A stretch of DNA of 64,000 nucleotides from an uncultured Planctomycetaceae bacterium (GTDB lineage Bacteria; Planctomycetota; Planctomycetia; Pirellulales; PALSA-1355). A model generated the notes under the pieces. The model had not been told where the DNA came from. It saw only the letters and a list, made by a program, of their open reading frames with translations, and made no database searches. The translations under genes and the position numbers were made by a program. Shown piece by piece: positions 31,087-43,958 of the stretch (within the stretch, counting starts at the first letter, position 1; each line of letters opens with the position of its first letter). The stretch is taken from contig CAWAUV010000004.1 in assembly GCA_963785305.1 (NCBI GenBank), forward strand, positions 256,001 through 320,000, given 5' to 3'.

Positions 31087-31659
31087 TTAGCCGCCGAGCT
31101 CGGCATGGCCCAGCGAGTGGTAGACCGGCCCCTCGCGCGTCAGGTCGCTCGACATCACGGCCGTTTCGTAAATTGTGGTCAGACCGCCATCGAACCCTGC
31201 CTCGGCCGCGATTCGCTCCGAAAGTTCGGCCAGCCCGGACTGCCCGCGCACGCGCCCCAAGGTGAGATGCGGCCGATAGCGACGGGCCTCGGGCCGGAAA
31301 CCGATCTCGGCCAAGCGGGCTTCGATCGCCTCTTGCAGCGCGATCATCGCTTCAGACCCCTCGCCGGCGCCAAGCCAGATCGTGCGCGGACGGTGGATGT
31401 CGGGAAAGGCGCCCACGCCCACGGCCTCGATATCGAACGGCTTGACTTCGGCCACGGCCGCGGCGACCGCCTCGCAAATGCGGGCCGCCTCGAGCAATTT
31501 CACATCGCCGAGAAACTTAAGTGTCCAGTGCATCTGGTCCGGCTTGGCCCAGTGGACTTTGGCCGGCGTCGAACGCAGTCGGGCGATGAGTTGGGCGGCG
31601 CGAGCTTGTATCTCGGGCGGCGCTTCCACGGCGACAAAGGCGCGAATGTATTGCGACAT
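31087..31659 (-). CDS. thpR: RNA 2',3'-cyclic phosphodiesterase (2H family)
   Basis: Two HxT motifs (HWTLKFLG, PHLTLGR), adjacent to recA. Confidence 0.92.
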   Translation of the reverse strand: MSQYIRAFVAVEAPPEIQARAAQLIARLRSTPAKVHWAKPDQMHWTLKFLGDVKLLEAARICEAVAAAVAEVKPFDIEAVGVGAFPDIHRPRTIWLGAGEGSEAMIALQEAIEARLAEIGFRPEARRYRPHLTLGRVRGQSGLAELSERIAAEAGFDGGLTTIYETAVMSSDLTREGPVYHSLGHAELGG

Positions 31660-31692
31660 GATCGCATGATTCTACCACATGGCGGATAGGCT

Positions 31693-32595
31693 CTAAAATC
31701 GGAGCATGCGGCGATATTCCTCGAATCGCCGGTCGAGGTCGACTCGCTCGATCTGTCGCATTCGGTCGAGACTGAAATCCTCGACATTGAAACTGGCCAC
31801 GACAATGCCGTAGGCGAGCGCGGTTTTGATGGTCTGAGCGTCGTGGCGACCGACGGACGCAAGATAGCCCATCATGCCGCCGGCAAAGCTATCGCCCGCC
31901 CCGGTCGGGTCGACGACGCGGTCCGTGGGAAAGGCGGGCAGCGAATACACCCCGTCTTGGTCGAAGAACATGGCGCCGTGTTCGCCTTTCTTCACGATCA
32001 CGAATTTTGGGCCCAGTTCGCGCACTCGTCGGCCGGCGGTCACGAGATTGTCCTCGCCCGTGAGGAGCTTGGCCTCGCTGTCGTTGAGCACCAAGCCATC
32101 GATCCTGGAAAGCAGGGTGAGCAGATTGTCGCGATCGATGTTGATCCAGAGGTCCATCGTGTCGGCGACGGTGAGCGCGGCTCGCGGCGTTTGTTCGAGC
32201 ACCTTGAGCTGCGTGGTCGTGGCGCCGTTGGCCAAGAACACATACCGCGCGTCGCGAAACGCCGACGGCAAGATGGGATCGAACTTGCCGAGCACATTGA
32301 GCTGCACATCGACCGTGTCGCGATCGTTCATATTGGCGTGGTACTTTCCACTCCAGCGAAAAGTTTTTTCGCCCTGGGCCACCACGAGGCCCGCCGTGTC
32401 GACGCCGCGCTTCGCCAGCAGCGATGTATGCTCGCCGGGCCAGTCATCGCCCACGACTCCCACCAACCGCACCGGGCCAAAGTAGCTGGCCGCATAGGAA
32501 AAATACATGGCCGATCCGCCGGGCACGTCGTCGCGGCGATCGCGGGGTGTTTCCACCGAGTCGAGCGCCATCGAGCCAACCACCAAGAGCGACAT
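31693..32595 (-). CDS. PfkB family carbohydrate/nucleoside kinase
   Basis: GGSAMY, KKGEHG and DPTGAGDSFAGG. Confidence 0.93.
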   Translation of the reverse strand: MSLLVVGSMALDSVETPRDRRDDVPGGSAMYFSYAASYFGPVRLVGVVGDDWPGEHTSLLAKRGVDTAGLVVAQGEKTFRWSGKYHANMNDRDTVDVQLNVLGKFDPILPSAFRDARYVFLANGATTTQLKVLEQTPRAALTVADTMDLWINIDRDNLLTLLSRIDGLVLNDSEAKLLTGEDNLVTAGRRVRELGPKFVIVKKGEHGAMFFDQDGVYSLPAFPTDRVVDPTGAGDSFAGGMMGYLASVGRHDAQTIKTALAYGIVVASFNVEDFSLDRMRQIERVDLDRRFEEYRRMLRF

Positions 32596-32790
32596 GCCGG
32601 GGTCTCCGAATAGAAAATGAAATCTCGCGCCGCGCGGGTCCGAGGGCGCGGGCTCAACGCCATCGAGCGCGTTGCGCCGACCCGCGCCACGGCGTCGCGT
32701 GGCGTTTGACTTCGAGCAATGCCGATATCGAGACGCACGCCTCGCCAGTCGAAATCTCTCGCTCGCCGGGCGTGACCGCGGACCAGGGAA

Positions 32791-34989
32791 TCAATGCATC
32801 GACATTTCGCAGCTCACGCCGCCGGCCGCCGGCAAATACGCATAGCGAGTGTAGTCCATCACCATGCGATGGGCGCTGAACCGCCAGGCCAACGAACTGA
32901 TCGAATTCATCATCCGCTGAATCCAGCCGCGCGGCAAACCATCGACATCGCGATCGTAGTAGAGCGGAATTACTTCATTTTCCAGCACGTCATACAGCGA
33001 CTCCGCGTCGCGCGCGTCCGTGATCTCGTCGGACACATGCACCTTGCCGTCGCCGATCGCGAAGCCATTCGCGCCATCGTAGGCTTCGGCCCACCAACCA
33101 TCGAGAATCGACATGTTCAAGGCGCCGTTGAGCACTGCCTTCTGACCGCTGGTGCCCGAGGCTTCCAGCGGACGCCGCGGATTGTTGAGCCACACATCGA
33201 CGCCTTGAACCAAGTGGCGACCGACGTTGATATCGTAGTCCTCGACGAACACGACCCGATTGTTGAAATGGCTATCGTGGCGGGCGTTCGCGATCTTGCG
33301 AATGAGCTGCTTGCCGGGTTCATCGGCCGGATGGGCCTTGCCGGCGAAAATCACCTGGATCGGCCGCTCGTTGTCATGCAACAATTTCGCGATGCGATCG
33401 ACATTCGAGAGGATCAGGTCGGCTCGCTTGTAAGTGGCGAAGCGGCGGGCGAATCCGATCGTGAGCACATTCGGATCGAGCAGGTTGCGCGCTGCTTCGA
33501 TCACGGCGTCGGGCTCGCCGCGGCGGCGGCATTGCCGGCTCACGCGCCGCCGGACAAAGGCCAGCAGCAAGTTCTTGAGCGAATAGTGCGTTTCCCAGAG
33601 CTCGCCCGGATCGACATGATGAATGCCCTGCCAGACGTCGGCCTCGCCCATGCGCGGTAGCCAGCCGACGGGGAAATTGCGATCGTAGAGCTGCAACATT
33701 TGCCAGGCGAGCCAACTGGGCACATGCACGCCGTTGGTGATATGGCCGATCGGAATTTCTTCTTCCACGCGCCACGGCCAGAGGTGGGCCCACATGCGGC
33801 GCGAGACGTGTCCATGCAGCGCGCTCACCGCGTTGGCCCGCCGCGAGAGCTTGAGGCCCAGCACCGTCATGCAGAAGGGTTCGCCCTCGTTGTGCGGCTC
33901 GACCCGGCCAAGGCCCATCATTTGTTCGTAGGAGATGCGGAGCGAATCGCGGAGCGGGCCAAGATGCTCTTCCATGAGCCCGCCATCGAAGCGATCGTGG
34001 CCGGCGGGCACCGGGGTGTGGGTCGTAAATACCGTGTGTTGAGCCACATCTCGCAGCGCGTTGTCGAAGCTCATGCCTTCGTTGTGCATCCGCTCGCGCA
34101 CGGCTTCCAGCGTGGCGAACACGCTGTGACCTTCGTTGAGATGATACACGCCCGGGGTGATGCCCATGGCGGCCAGGGCCTTCACGCCGCCCACGCCCAA
34201 CACGAGCTCCTGGCGAATGCGCACTCGCTGGTCGCCGCCATAGAGCCGGCTGGTGAGCGCGCGATCCTCGGGGCTATTGCCCTCGACATCGGAATCGAGC
34301 AAGAAGAGCTTCACGCGGCCGACGCGCATCAGCCACACCTTGGCCAGCAGCTTGCCGTGGCGCGTGTCGATCGAAACCTGCACATGCTTGCCTTGCTTGT
34401 CACAAGCCGGCTCCATCGGCAGCAGCTCGACCTTGGTGTCGAGATACTCTTCCTGCTGATAGCCGTTGCCATCGAGATGTTGCTTGAAATAACCTTGGTC
34501 GTAGAACAGACCAATGGCCACGAGCGGCACTCCCAAGCCGCTGGCGCTCTTGATATGGTCTCCCGAGAGCACGCCCAGGCCGCCGGAATAAATCGGCACC
34601 GCCTCGTGGATGCCGAATTCGGCCGAGAAATAGGCCACCGGCATGCTTCCCAGCACGCCGGCGTTTTGCCGGGACCAGGTTTGCTTGTTGTTCAGGTAGT
34701 CCTTGAGCCGGCGATAGGCGTAGTTGATGCGGCTATAGAGCACCAGTTCCGCGGCTCGCGTGTCGAGTCGCTCCGGCGTGAACTCGGAGAGAAGCGCGAT
34801 CGGGTTATGATCGAGCTGCCGCCAACGGATCGGATCCAAATCGCGGAACAGGTTGATCACTTCCGGATGCCAGGTCCACCACAGATTGCGGGCCAGGGCG
34901 ACGCACTTATCGTAAAGCGTCTGCGGTGTGAGTTGCGTGGCCAAAGGTCGGGTGATGCGCGCCGCGGGGGCCAGTTCAGTTTGGCTCAT
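32791..34989 (-). CDS. glgP: Alpha-glucan phosphorylase
   Basis: YSGGLGVLSGDH, HLNEGH, FARRFATYKR, AGKAHP and EASGTSGQK (PLP lysine). Confidence 0.96.
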   Translation of the reverse strand: MSQTELAPAARITRPLATQLTPQTLYDKCVALARNLWWTWHPEVINLFRDLDPIRWRQLDHNPIALLSEFTPERLDTRAAELVLYSRINYAYRRLKDYLNNKQTWSRQNAGVLGSMPVAYFSAEFGIHEAVPIYSGGLGVLSGDHIKSASGLGVPLVAIGLFYDQGYFKQHLDGNGYQQEEYLDTKVELLPMEPACDKQGKHVQVSIDTRHGKLLAKVWLMRVGRVKLFLLDSDVEGNSPEDRALTSRLYGGDQRVRIRQELVLGVGGVKALAAMGITPGVYHLNEGHSVFATLEAVRERMHNEGMSFDNALRDVAQHTVFTTHTPVPAGHDRFDGGLMEEHLGPLRDSLRISYEQMMGLGRVEPHNEGEPFCMTVLGLKLSRRANAVSALHGHVSRRMWAHLWPWRVEEEIPIGHITNGVHVPSWLAWQMLQLYDRNFPVGWLPRMGEADVWQGIHHVDPGELWETHYSLKNLLLAFVRRRVSRQCRRRGEPDAVIEAARNLLDPNVLTIGFARRFATYKRADLILSNVDRIAKLLHDNERPIQVIFAGKAHPADEPGKQLIRKIANARHDSHFNNRVVFVEDYDINVGRHLVQGVDVWLNNPRRPLEASGTSGQKAVLNGALNMSILDGWWAEAYDGANGFAIGDGKVHVSDEITDARDAESLYDVLENEVIPLYYDRDVDGLPRGWIQRMMNSISSLAWRFSAHRMVMDYTRYAYLPAAGGVSCEMSMH

Positions 34990-35572
34990 TCGATTCCTCT
35001 CCAATCCAGGCTACGAAAATCAGCGGTGAAAACCCAAGTGGGGTGAAAAACGTCCGTCGAGGAAATCAATCCCCGCCGGAACCCGAAGCATTACCGCCCT
35101 CGCGGCGAACAACCCTTTCGCCATCGAAAATATTGTCGCCGCGAAAATCCAATCGCTCTCGAAAAGTGGACCCCTTCGAGAGTCCGTCGCGTTCAGAATC
35201 CCCCCTCCCGCCAAGCGAAGAATGTTCATCGCCGGCTATCGAGCCGCTGGTCCTTTCGCTAGTTCGCCGAAGGCCAAACGTTGCCTGGTCTCGATCGCTG
35301 GCATAGACTGGTCGTGATTAGAACGCATTTTGCTCGCTAAGAAAAGCGGCTGATTTTGACATTCGGCCGTTTTTAACCGCGGCGTTAGAATTGGCGCGAG
35401 TGTCAAGTCAAAGCCGGACCAAGCCCGGAAAAAAACAGGCGCCGCCGGCTTCCACGCGCCAGACGAGACCACGCCGCGCTCGACCGAAACCATTCGACCA
35501 GCCGGCAGCCCCCGCTTGATACAAACTTTCGGACTGGCCTCCCGACGGCCTTTCGCAAGCAGAGCGCTTTGC

Positions 35573-36652
35573 ATGCACGACTCGCGAATCATCCGTTCGC
35601 TGGCGGATCCGATGCTCGATCAGCTTTGCGCCGCGCTCGCCGCGCTGGCGCCGGAGCTTGATCGCGGCGGGCACTGGCCCGGCGAGCAGTTGCGACTCGC
35701 GGGCGAGCACGGCGTGTTCGCCTGGTTTCAAGACGAAGCCTGGGGCGGGCTCGGGTGGAGCGAGGCCGATCTGCTTCGCGGCTACTTGCGTCTCGGGGCC
35801 GGATGCCTCACGACCTCGTTCATCGTCACCCAGCGGGCCGCCGCTTCGTCGCGCATCGCGGCCGGTGATAGCCACGCCGCCCGCGAGCGCTGGTTGCCCG
35901 ACCTTGCGGCCGGAAAAATCTTTGCCACCGTGGCGATCTCGCATCTCACCACAAGCCGCCGCCACTTGGCCAAGCCGGTGCTCGCGGCGACCGAAACCCC
36001 GCGAGGTTTCGTGTTGAATGGCTTTAGCCCCTGGGTCACCGGGGGCAGCCATGCCCAGGTGATCGTGGTCGGGGCGACGCTCGACGATGGCGGCCAGATT
36101 CTCGTCGCCGTGCCCACCGATTTGCCGGGCGTTTCTCCCGCGCCAGGTCAAGCGCTCGTGGGGCTGGCCGCCAGCCATACCGGCGAAGTGCGTCTCGATT
36201 CCGTGGAAGTCAAGCGTGAGTGGCTCTTGGCCGGGCCGGCGGAAAATGTAATGAAGCTCGGCAAGAGCTCCGGCGCGGGCGGATTGCAAACGAGCGCCCT
36301 GGCGATTGGCCATGCGGCGGCGGCGATCGGCTACCTTCGGGCCGAAAGCGCCGCGCGCCCCGAACTCTTGGCGCCGGCCGCGGAACTGCAAAACGAACAA
36401 GGCACGTTGGCCGACGACATGCTCCGTCTGGCGATCGGCGCCGGCGATTGTAGCGCCGAACAAGTGCGGGCTCGCGCCAATAGCTTGGCGCTGCGGGCCA
36501 GCCAATCGGCGCTCGCGGCAGCCAAGGGCGCGGGATATGTCGTCGGTCATCCGGCCGGCCGATGGTGCCGCGAAGCGCTATTCTTTCTGGTATGGAGCTG
36601 CCCCCAACCGGTCATGGCGGCCAACCTCTGCGAACTCGCCGGACTCGACTGA
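35573..36652 (+). CDS. Acyl-CoA dehydrogenase family protein
   Basis: FATVAISHL, LNGFSPWVTG and REALFFLVWSCP. Confidence 0.82.
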   Translation: MHDSRIIRSLADPMLDQLCAALAALAPELDRGGHWPGEQLRLAGEHGVFAWFQDEAWGGLGWSEADLLRGYLRLGAGCLTTSFIVTQRAAASSRIAAGDSHAARERWLPDLAAGKIFATVAISHLTTSRRHLAKPVLAATETPRGFVLNGFSPWVTGGSHAQVIVVGATLDDGGQILVAVPTDLPGVSPAPGQALVGLAASHTGEVRLDSVEVKREWLLAGPAENVMKLGKSSGAGGLQTSALAIGHAAAAIGYLRAESAARPELLAPAAELQNEQGTLADDMLRLAIGAGDCSAEQVRARANSLALRASQSALAAAKGAGYVVGHPAGRWCREALFFLVWSCPQPVMAANLCELAGLD

Positions 36653-36712
36653 TCGTCGCCGCGGTCCCAACGAAAAGCCTGCGCGAAGGCTTGGATCGGG
36701 GACCAGGACAGC

Positions 36713-37285
36713 CTATTTGTCCTTGGTTTTGATCACCGCGCCGCTCGCTCCGTCGATTTGCACTTCTTTCACTTTGTCGTCCACCAGCAGGCCGACTTCA
36801 AAGACCAGCTTTCCGGTCTTTTTCTTGAAATCAGGCTCGGCCACGAGGCAGCGGCCCTCGGGCACGTGCTTCATGGCGATCGCGATGGCCTGGGCGAGCG
36901 TCGTGGCCGCTTCGGCCGCGGCGGTTTCGGCTTTGACTTCCTCGGCCTCGGACTTCAGTTCCTCGGCCGAAACATCTTCGACTCCCTCGATCTTTCCGGT
37001 CACGGCGTCGATTTCGACTTCCTTGTGCTTGCCATCGACAAGGATCTCGACCTCGAAATCGAGCTCGTCTTTTTCGGCCTTGAGCTCGGCCGAGACCGCT
37101 TTGCCCGGTACTTTTTCCAACGCGATCGCCACGGCTTCGGCAAGCGTGATCTTGGCCTCGGCGAGCGCTTTCTTGGCGGCCGCCGGGTCCTTGTCGAGAT
37201 CGCCCTCGGCCCGCGCGCCGCCGGGCACGGCCAACATGCCGAGCAGTCCCGCCAACGCGACAATTTTCATCAATGATTGTTTCAT
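36713..37285 (-). CDS. Secreted protein with two PepSY domains
   Basis: Signal peptide, then ITLAEAVAIAL...VEIDAVTGKI repeated as TLAQAIAIAM...VQIDGASGAV. Confidence 0.88.
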   Translation of the reverse strand: MKQSLMKIVALAGLLGMLAVPGGARAEGDLDKDPAAAKKALAEAKITLAEAVAIALEKVPGKAVSAELKAEKDELDFEVEILVDGKHKEVEIDAVTGKIEGVEDVSAEELKSEAEEVKAETAAAEAATTLAQAIAIAMKHVPEGRCLVAEPDFKKKTGKLVFEVGLLVDDKVKEVQIDGASGAVIKTKDK

Positions 37286-37566
37286 GGCATTGTTCCTGAT
37301 AAAGCTTCGGTTGAGTGTTCGATGTAAGAGTGCCGGTCGCGGCGGCAATCGCCCGGCGCCGGGCTCGTCGGCAGGCCCCGCGGGCCGCAGCCTACCCGAC
37401 GCTTGTTAGGGCCGCATGAGCCATTCGCGGAAAAGCGGCGGAAAGGGGCCTGCTGGCGGAAAGGCGCGCCGGCAAAGTAGACTGTTCGTGGCCACCGGGT
37501 CGCATGCGCGGCGCCGGGGTCGTGTTGCGGCGGGCGTTCATCAATTCTTTTGGCGGGAAAAAAATT

Positions 37567-38519
37567 ATGCGATCGTCGTATCGAACCAGGGTGATGTCGT
37601 CGTTCTTCGCTTTCGCCTTAACCGGAGCCGTGGCCGCGAGCGCGGGGGTTCTTGCCGCGCCGCACGCGCGAGCCGACGAGATTCGGCATTCGTTTTTCAT
37701 CGCCGGGCCCAACTTCACCGGCATTATCGACGAGGCGGGCCAAGAAGTCTGGGACTCGGGCCGCGCCGCGCGCGCGATGGCTTTGTGTTGCCCAGTGGCA
37801 ATGTGCTCATCGCTTGGGCCGATGAAGTCAAGGAACTCACGCGCGACAAGAAGGTGGTGTTCCACTATGCCCGCTCACCCGAAAACGGCGAGATCGGTTC
37901 GGTTGTGCGTCTACCCAGCGGAGCGACCTTGATTTCCGAGGAGGGCCGCAAGCCGCGGTTGCGTGAGATCGACTCCTCGGGCAATATTCTCAGCGAAACC
38001 CCGCTCGTGCCCGAAACCGACAACACCCACATGCAGACTCGCATGGCCCGCAAGCTCCCCAGCGGCAACTATCTTGTTCCGCACTTGCTCGCGTTTAAGG
38101 TCAAGGAATACACGCCCGCGGGCGAAGTCGTAAACGCGATCGCCACCGATCTACCCGAGTTGGGTGGTCGCGCGGTGGAGGATTGGCCATTCACGGCGAT
38201 TCGCTTGGATGACGGGGTCACGCTCGTCAACCTCACGCATGGCAACAAGACGGTCGAATTCGACGCCGCGGGCCATGTGATCTGGAAAATCTCGAACGAC
38301 GACTTCGCCGAAAAACCGTTTGCCGATCCTTGCGGCTGCCAGCGCTTGCCGAATGGCAACACGGTGATCGCCAGCTATGCGGCACAACAGGGAATCAAGG
38401 TTTTCGAAGTGACGCGCGAAAAGAAGTTGGTGTGGAAATACGAGGGCAAGAACCGCGCCCATGAAATTCAAATTCTCACGACCAATGGCGTAGCACTCGG
38501 CGGCGAGCCCTTGAAATGA
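37567..38519 (+). CDS. Secreted beta-propeller repeat protein (frameshift near 37775)
   Basis: Signal peptide and repeated RLP(S/N)GN(T/Y)L(I/V) blades. Confidence 0.78.
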
Positions 38520-38647
38520 ATGGGCCCACGCGAGATTCGTTTAAGAGCCTTTCGTTGCTCGGCGCATGAAAATAGGCGCCTCGGTCCGCGGGGACTCGAG
38601 GCGCCTTCTACGAACATTCAGTTTTCGCTATGTCGCGAGCCGCGACT

Positions 38648-39973
<1,326 letters not shown>

Positions 39974-40228
39974 TCTAGGTCTCGTGGGAACACCCAGGAC
40001 CGAATGTGACGAACGCGCGTCGCGTTCTCAGAAAGCCATTGGACCTGGCGACAATCCGATGGCCAAAGTCTGGCGATAGGAAAGAAGTTCTCAGTAATTT
40101 AGCATGCGAACCGGCGCCCGTCGAGGGCGAAAGCGATTTATTTCGCCGGAATTCGTGGCGCCCGCGTCGCTCCAATCGTTTCCAGCGCTCAGGCTTCACC
40201 ATGAACAACCAGCCTGGTTCGCTGCTTG

Positions 40229-41370
40229 CTACACGCGCAAAAAATGAGGCCAGATCGCGTCGCTCACGAAAAGCCCCTCGCGCGTGAGCCGCACCCGAAT
40301 CCCATCGTCGGCTAGCATGCCGGCCGACACGAACTTCGAGATTGCCTCGCCCGCGAGCGCATCGAGCGAGTGGCCCGAAGCGGCGAGAAAAGCCGCGCAC
40401 TCGACGCCGCCAATGCGACGCAGGCCGAACACGAGCATCTCTCTGGCGCGATCTTCATCGTCGAGCGTTTCGGATTCGGCGACCGGCGAGCGACCGGCGA
40501 GCATGCGCCGGATATAAGTGGTCGTGCTGCGATGGTTCATCTGGCGTCGACCACCCACATAACTTGCAGCGCCCGGCCCCACGGCAAAGTAAGCGCCTCC
40601 GGCCCAGTAGTTTTCATTGTGCCGGCATCGCTGTCCGACACGGGCAAAGTTCGACACTTCGTAATGCTCATACCCGGCGGTCGTGAGCGAATCGATCGCC
40701 CGAGCGTGGAAATCTCGCTCCAGTTCCTCATCGGCCTGAGTCAGCAATCCCTTGGCTCGCCGACTCCAAAAGGCGGCTCCGCGCTCGAATGTCAGTCCAT
40801 AGGTGGATACATGCGCCGGCCCTAGGTCGATCGCGGCCTCGAGGTCGGCTTGCCAGGTCGCGCGGGTCTCGCCGGGACAGCCGAAGATCAAGTCGAGCGA
40901 CACTTGCGGAAATGCGGCGGCCGCCAATGCGAAGGCCCGCGCAATCGTCTCGGGCGAGTGATCGCGTTCCAAGACCGCGAGTTTGCCGCGGTCGAACGAC
41001 TGGGCGCCCAAGCTGATTCGCGTGACGCCGCGCGCGGCCAGCCGCCGACACAGCGGTGGCGAGATGTCGATCGGATTGGCCTCGACACTTAGTTCGGCGG
41101 CGGGCGCGAGGGAAAAACTTCCGGCGAGGAGATCGAACAGACGCTCGAGCGCCGCGGGGGACAGACGCGTGGGAGTGCCGCCGCCGAGAAAGAGCGTGTC
41201 CAGCGCGTGGGGACCGCCGAGCGCCGCCAAGCTCGATCGCGAGCGCGTCGAGATAATGATCCATGAGATCATCGCGGCCGGCAAGCAGGGTGAAATTGCA
41301 ATATCCGCACCGATGCGCAGAAAGGCACATGTACATATGCCGACCTCGGCGCCGCTTGGCAGTCAAACAT
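40229..41370 (-). CDS. hemW: Radical SAM heme chaperone HemW (frameshifts near 41315 and 41235)
   Basis: AYVHVPFC...CGYCNF, GGGTPT, VEANP, DLIFG, HYEVSNFA and HNENYW. Confidence 0.88.
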
Positions 41371-41952
41371 CGAGCGGTATCTGAAAGACGAGGGAAGTAA
41401 AAAAATGATCTTGCGCCGTGTCGCTCTCACATTCGATCCACGGATTCCTTAAAGCCTATCCGGCGACATCGCGCACTTCACTCACGGAAGATCACGGGGC
41501 GTGGGCCACGCGGAGCGCTCGGATAGGCTTTCAATCGCCACGCGCGCACTGCCTCATTTCAGAAGCAATGCGATTTCAATCCGAATCCTATCTATTACCG
41601 CGGCTCCAAGCCACCCTTGCGATGGGTGGAACACGCGAGAAACAATTCGGCGAAATCCACGCGTCGCCCATCCCTCGAAGCCGATTTCCCGGAACGCTTC
41701 AATATCGGGGTGGCGTGCAAAAGCGCAGCCGGCTTGGCCCCGCGCGACTGGTGTCGCCGAAGCTCAAATGAATCTCAAAACATCGTGGCCCCGTGAATTG
41801 CAGGAAGATTGACATGCAAAAAAGTCGCGAAAACATGAAAGGGCTAGTTGACTCAGTTCACGACCGCGTATACTGTAACTATCTTTCACTTTCCCGCGAT
41901 GGGCGAGAACCCTTTCCGTTTTACCGTTTTTAATTTCAATGTAAGGCGCCGC

Positions 41953-42312
41953 ATGGCAACAAAGAAAAAAGCGAAGCGAACCGATCCCAAGAAAAACAAG
42001 AGCCTGGCGATTCGAATGGCGCTCGGGCAAATGCCCGAGGCCAAGGCCACGGAAATCGTCGATCTTGTCAAGAAAGAGTATGGGCACGCCATTTCGCTGA
42101 ACATGGTTTACATGGTCAAGGCCAAGACCAATGCCGCGGCCCATGCCGAGACCAGCGGAGGCAATGGCAAGGAAGCGACCTCGACCAAAGGCCAGATTCC
42201 GATCACCTCGGCCGCCAATTGGGTCAACGCGATCAAGCATGCCAAGAACCTGCTTGTCGAAGTGGGCGGCGTGGACAACGCCGTCGCGCTCCTCAAAGCG
42301 GTCAACGCTTGA
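41953..42312 (+). CDS. Small Lys-rich putative DNA-binding protein
   Basis: MATKKKAKR...NKSLAIR...helical domain...VGGVDNAVALL. TTGACT promoter-like hexamer at 41848 and a hairpin at about 42365-42410. Confidence 0.75.
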   Translation: MATKKKAKRTDPKKNKSLAIRMALGQMPEAKATEIVDLVKKEYGHAISLNMVYMVKAKTNAAAHAETSGGNGKEATSTKGQIPITSAANWVNAIKHAKNLLVEVGGVDNAVALLKAVNA

Positions 42313-42637
42313 CGCGGACGCGCCGGGGCGAGCAGCCTTCGCGCGCAAGCAACACCTATTCCGCCCAACGCCGCGGCAGCCCGAACCTACGGCTCGCCGC
42401 GGCGTTTGGCTTGTTGGAAACGGCCCGCCGCGCGAAATTGGCCGCCCCCAAGGAATTCCCCCCGTCCAGGCATTTCCCTCGCAAGGGCCGTTCTAGCCAA
42501 TTGCATTTCCAGCATCGGCGCATTCCGCCGGGGCCGCCGGCCGGGCCCAGTGTTCTTCCCGACGAAGAGGGTTTACAGCTTCGCCCTGGGGCATCACAAT
42601 CGAGCGTTTACATCTTCACCCCATGAGCGAGTTTGCC

Positions 42638-43731
42638 ATGACGACGGAGCGAGTTTACAACTTTTCGCCGGGACCGGCGATCTTGCCGAAATCGGTGCTC
42701 GAACAAGCCCAACGCGATCTGGTTTCCTTGCCGGGCGTGGGCATGTCGGTGATGGAGCTAAGCCATCGCTCGAAAACCTTCGAGGCGATCTTGGGCGAAG
42801 CCCGCGCTGTTGCAAGAACTGCTGAAAATTCCCTCGGGCTATAGCGTGCTCTTTCTCCAGGGTGGCGCGAGTTTGCAGTTCAGCATGCTGCCGATGAATT
42901 ATCTGCGCGGATCGAAGAAGGCGCCGATTACATCGTCACCGGAACTTGGGGCGGCAAAGCCCTGCAAGAAGCCAAGCGCGAGGGCACGGTCCATGTCGCC
43001 TGGGATGGCAAGGCCAACAAGTACTCAAGCCTGCCGGCCAAGGGCGAGTTGAAGCTCACGCCCGGCGCCGCCTATGTACACTACACATCGAACGAAACCA
43101 TTCAAGGCGTGCAGTTCCCGGTCGAGCCCGACTCGGCCGGCGCTCCGCTGGTTTGCGACGCCTCGAGCGATTTCGTCTCGCGGCCCGTGGCGGTCGGCAA
43201 GCATGCGCTGATCTATGCCTGCGCCAGAAAAACGCCGGCATCTCGGGCGTGACCACCGTCATTGCGAGCGACGAGTTCTTGGCTCGCGGCGGCAAGGACC
43301 TGCCGGCGATGCTCGACTATCGCCTTCAGGCCGAGAATCAATCGCTGTACAACACCCCGCCGACGTTCGCCATCTATATCACCATGCTGATCGGTCGCTG
43401 GATTCGCGACGAAATCGGCGGGCTCGAAAAGATGGCCGAGCTCAATCGCCGCAAGAGCAAGCTGCTCTACGACGCGATCGATTCGAGCTCCGGCTTTTAT
43501 CGGGGTCATGCCGAAAAATCGTGCCGCTCCGATATGAACGTCACCTTCCGCCTGCCGAGCGAGGAACTCGAAGCCACCTTCGCCAGCGAAGCCAAACAAC
43601 ACAAGCTGGTCGAGCTCAAGGGGCATCGCTCCGTGGGCGGGATTCGCGCCTCGATCTACAATGCCATGCCGCTCCAGGGCGTCGAGACGCTGCGCGACTA
43701 TATGGTCGACTTTCAGAAAAAACATGGCTGA
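42638..43731 (+). CDS. serC: Phosphoserine aminotransferase (frameshifts near 42810, 42925, 43225)
   Basis: [48 protein letters not shown] and [15 protein letters not shown] spread over four ORF pieces. Confidence 0.93.
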
Positions 43732-43958
43732 GAGCCCGATCGTCGAACGTCGCGGGCGCGATTAAACGCGCGGTCGAAGTCGCGCCCGCGGCGCCCTCCG
43801 CTCGACCACCGCGAGGCTTTCGCGACCGCCCCGGGTCGCGAACCTCGCTTTTTGTTTTAGGGCGTTGGCTTTATAGTGGAAGTAGTGGCGCATTCGATTC
43901 GTATCCCGCGAACCTGGCGCGGGCGTTTCTGAAACCGTGATTACAAAGGCCCCTTGTC

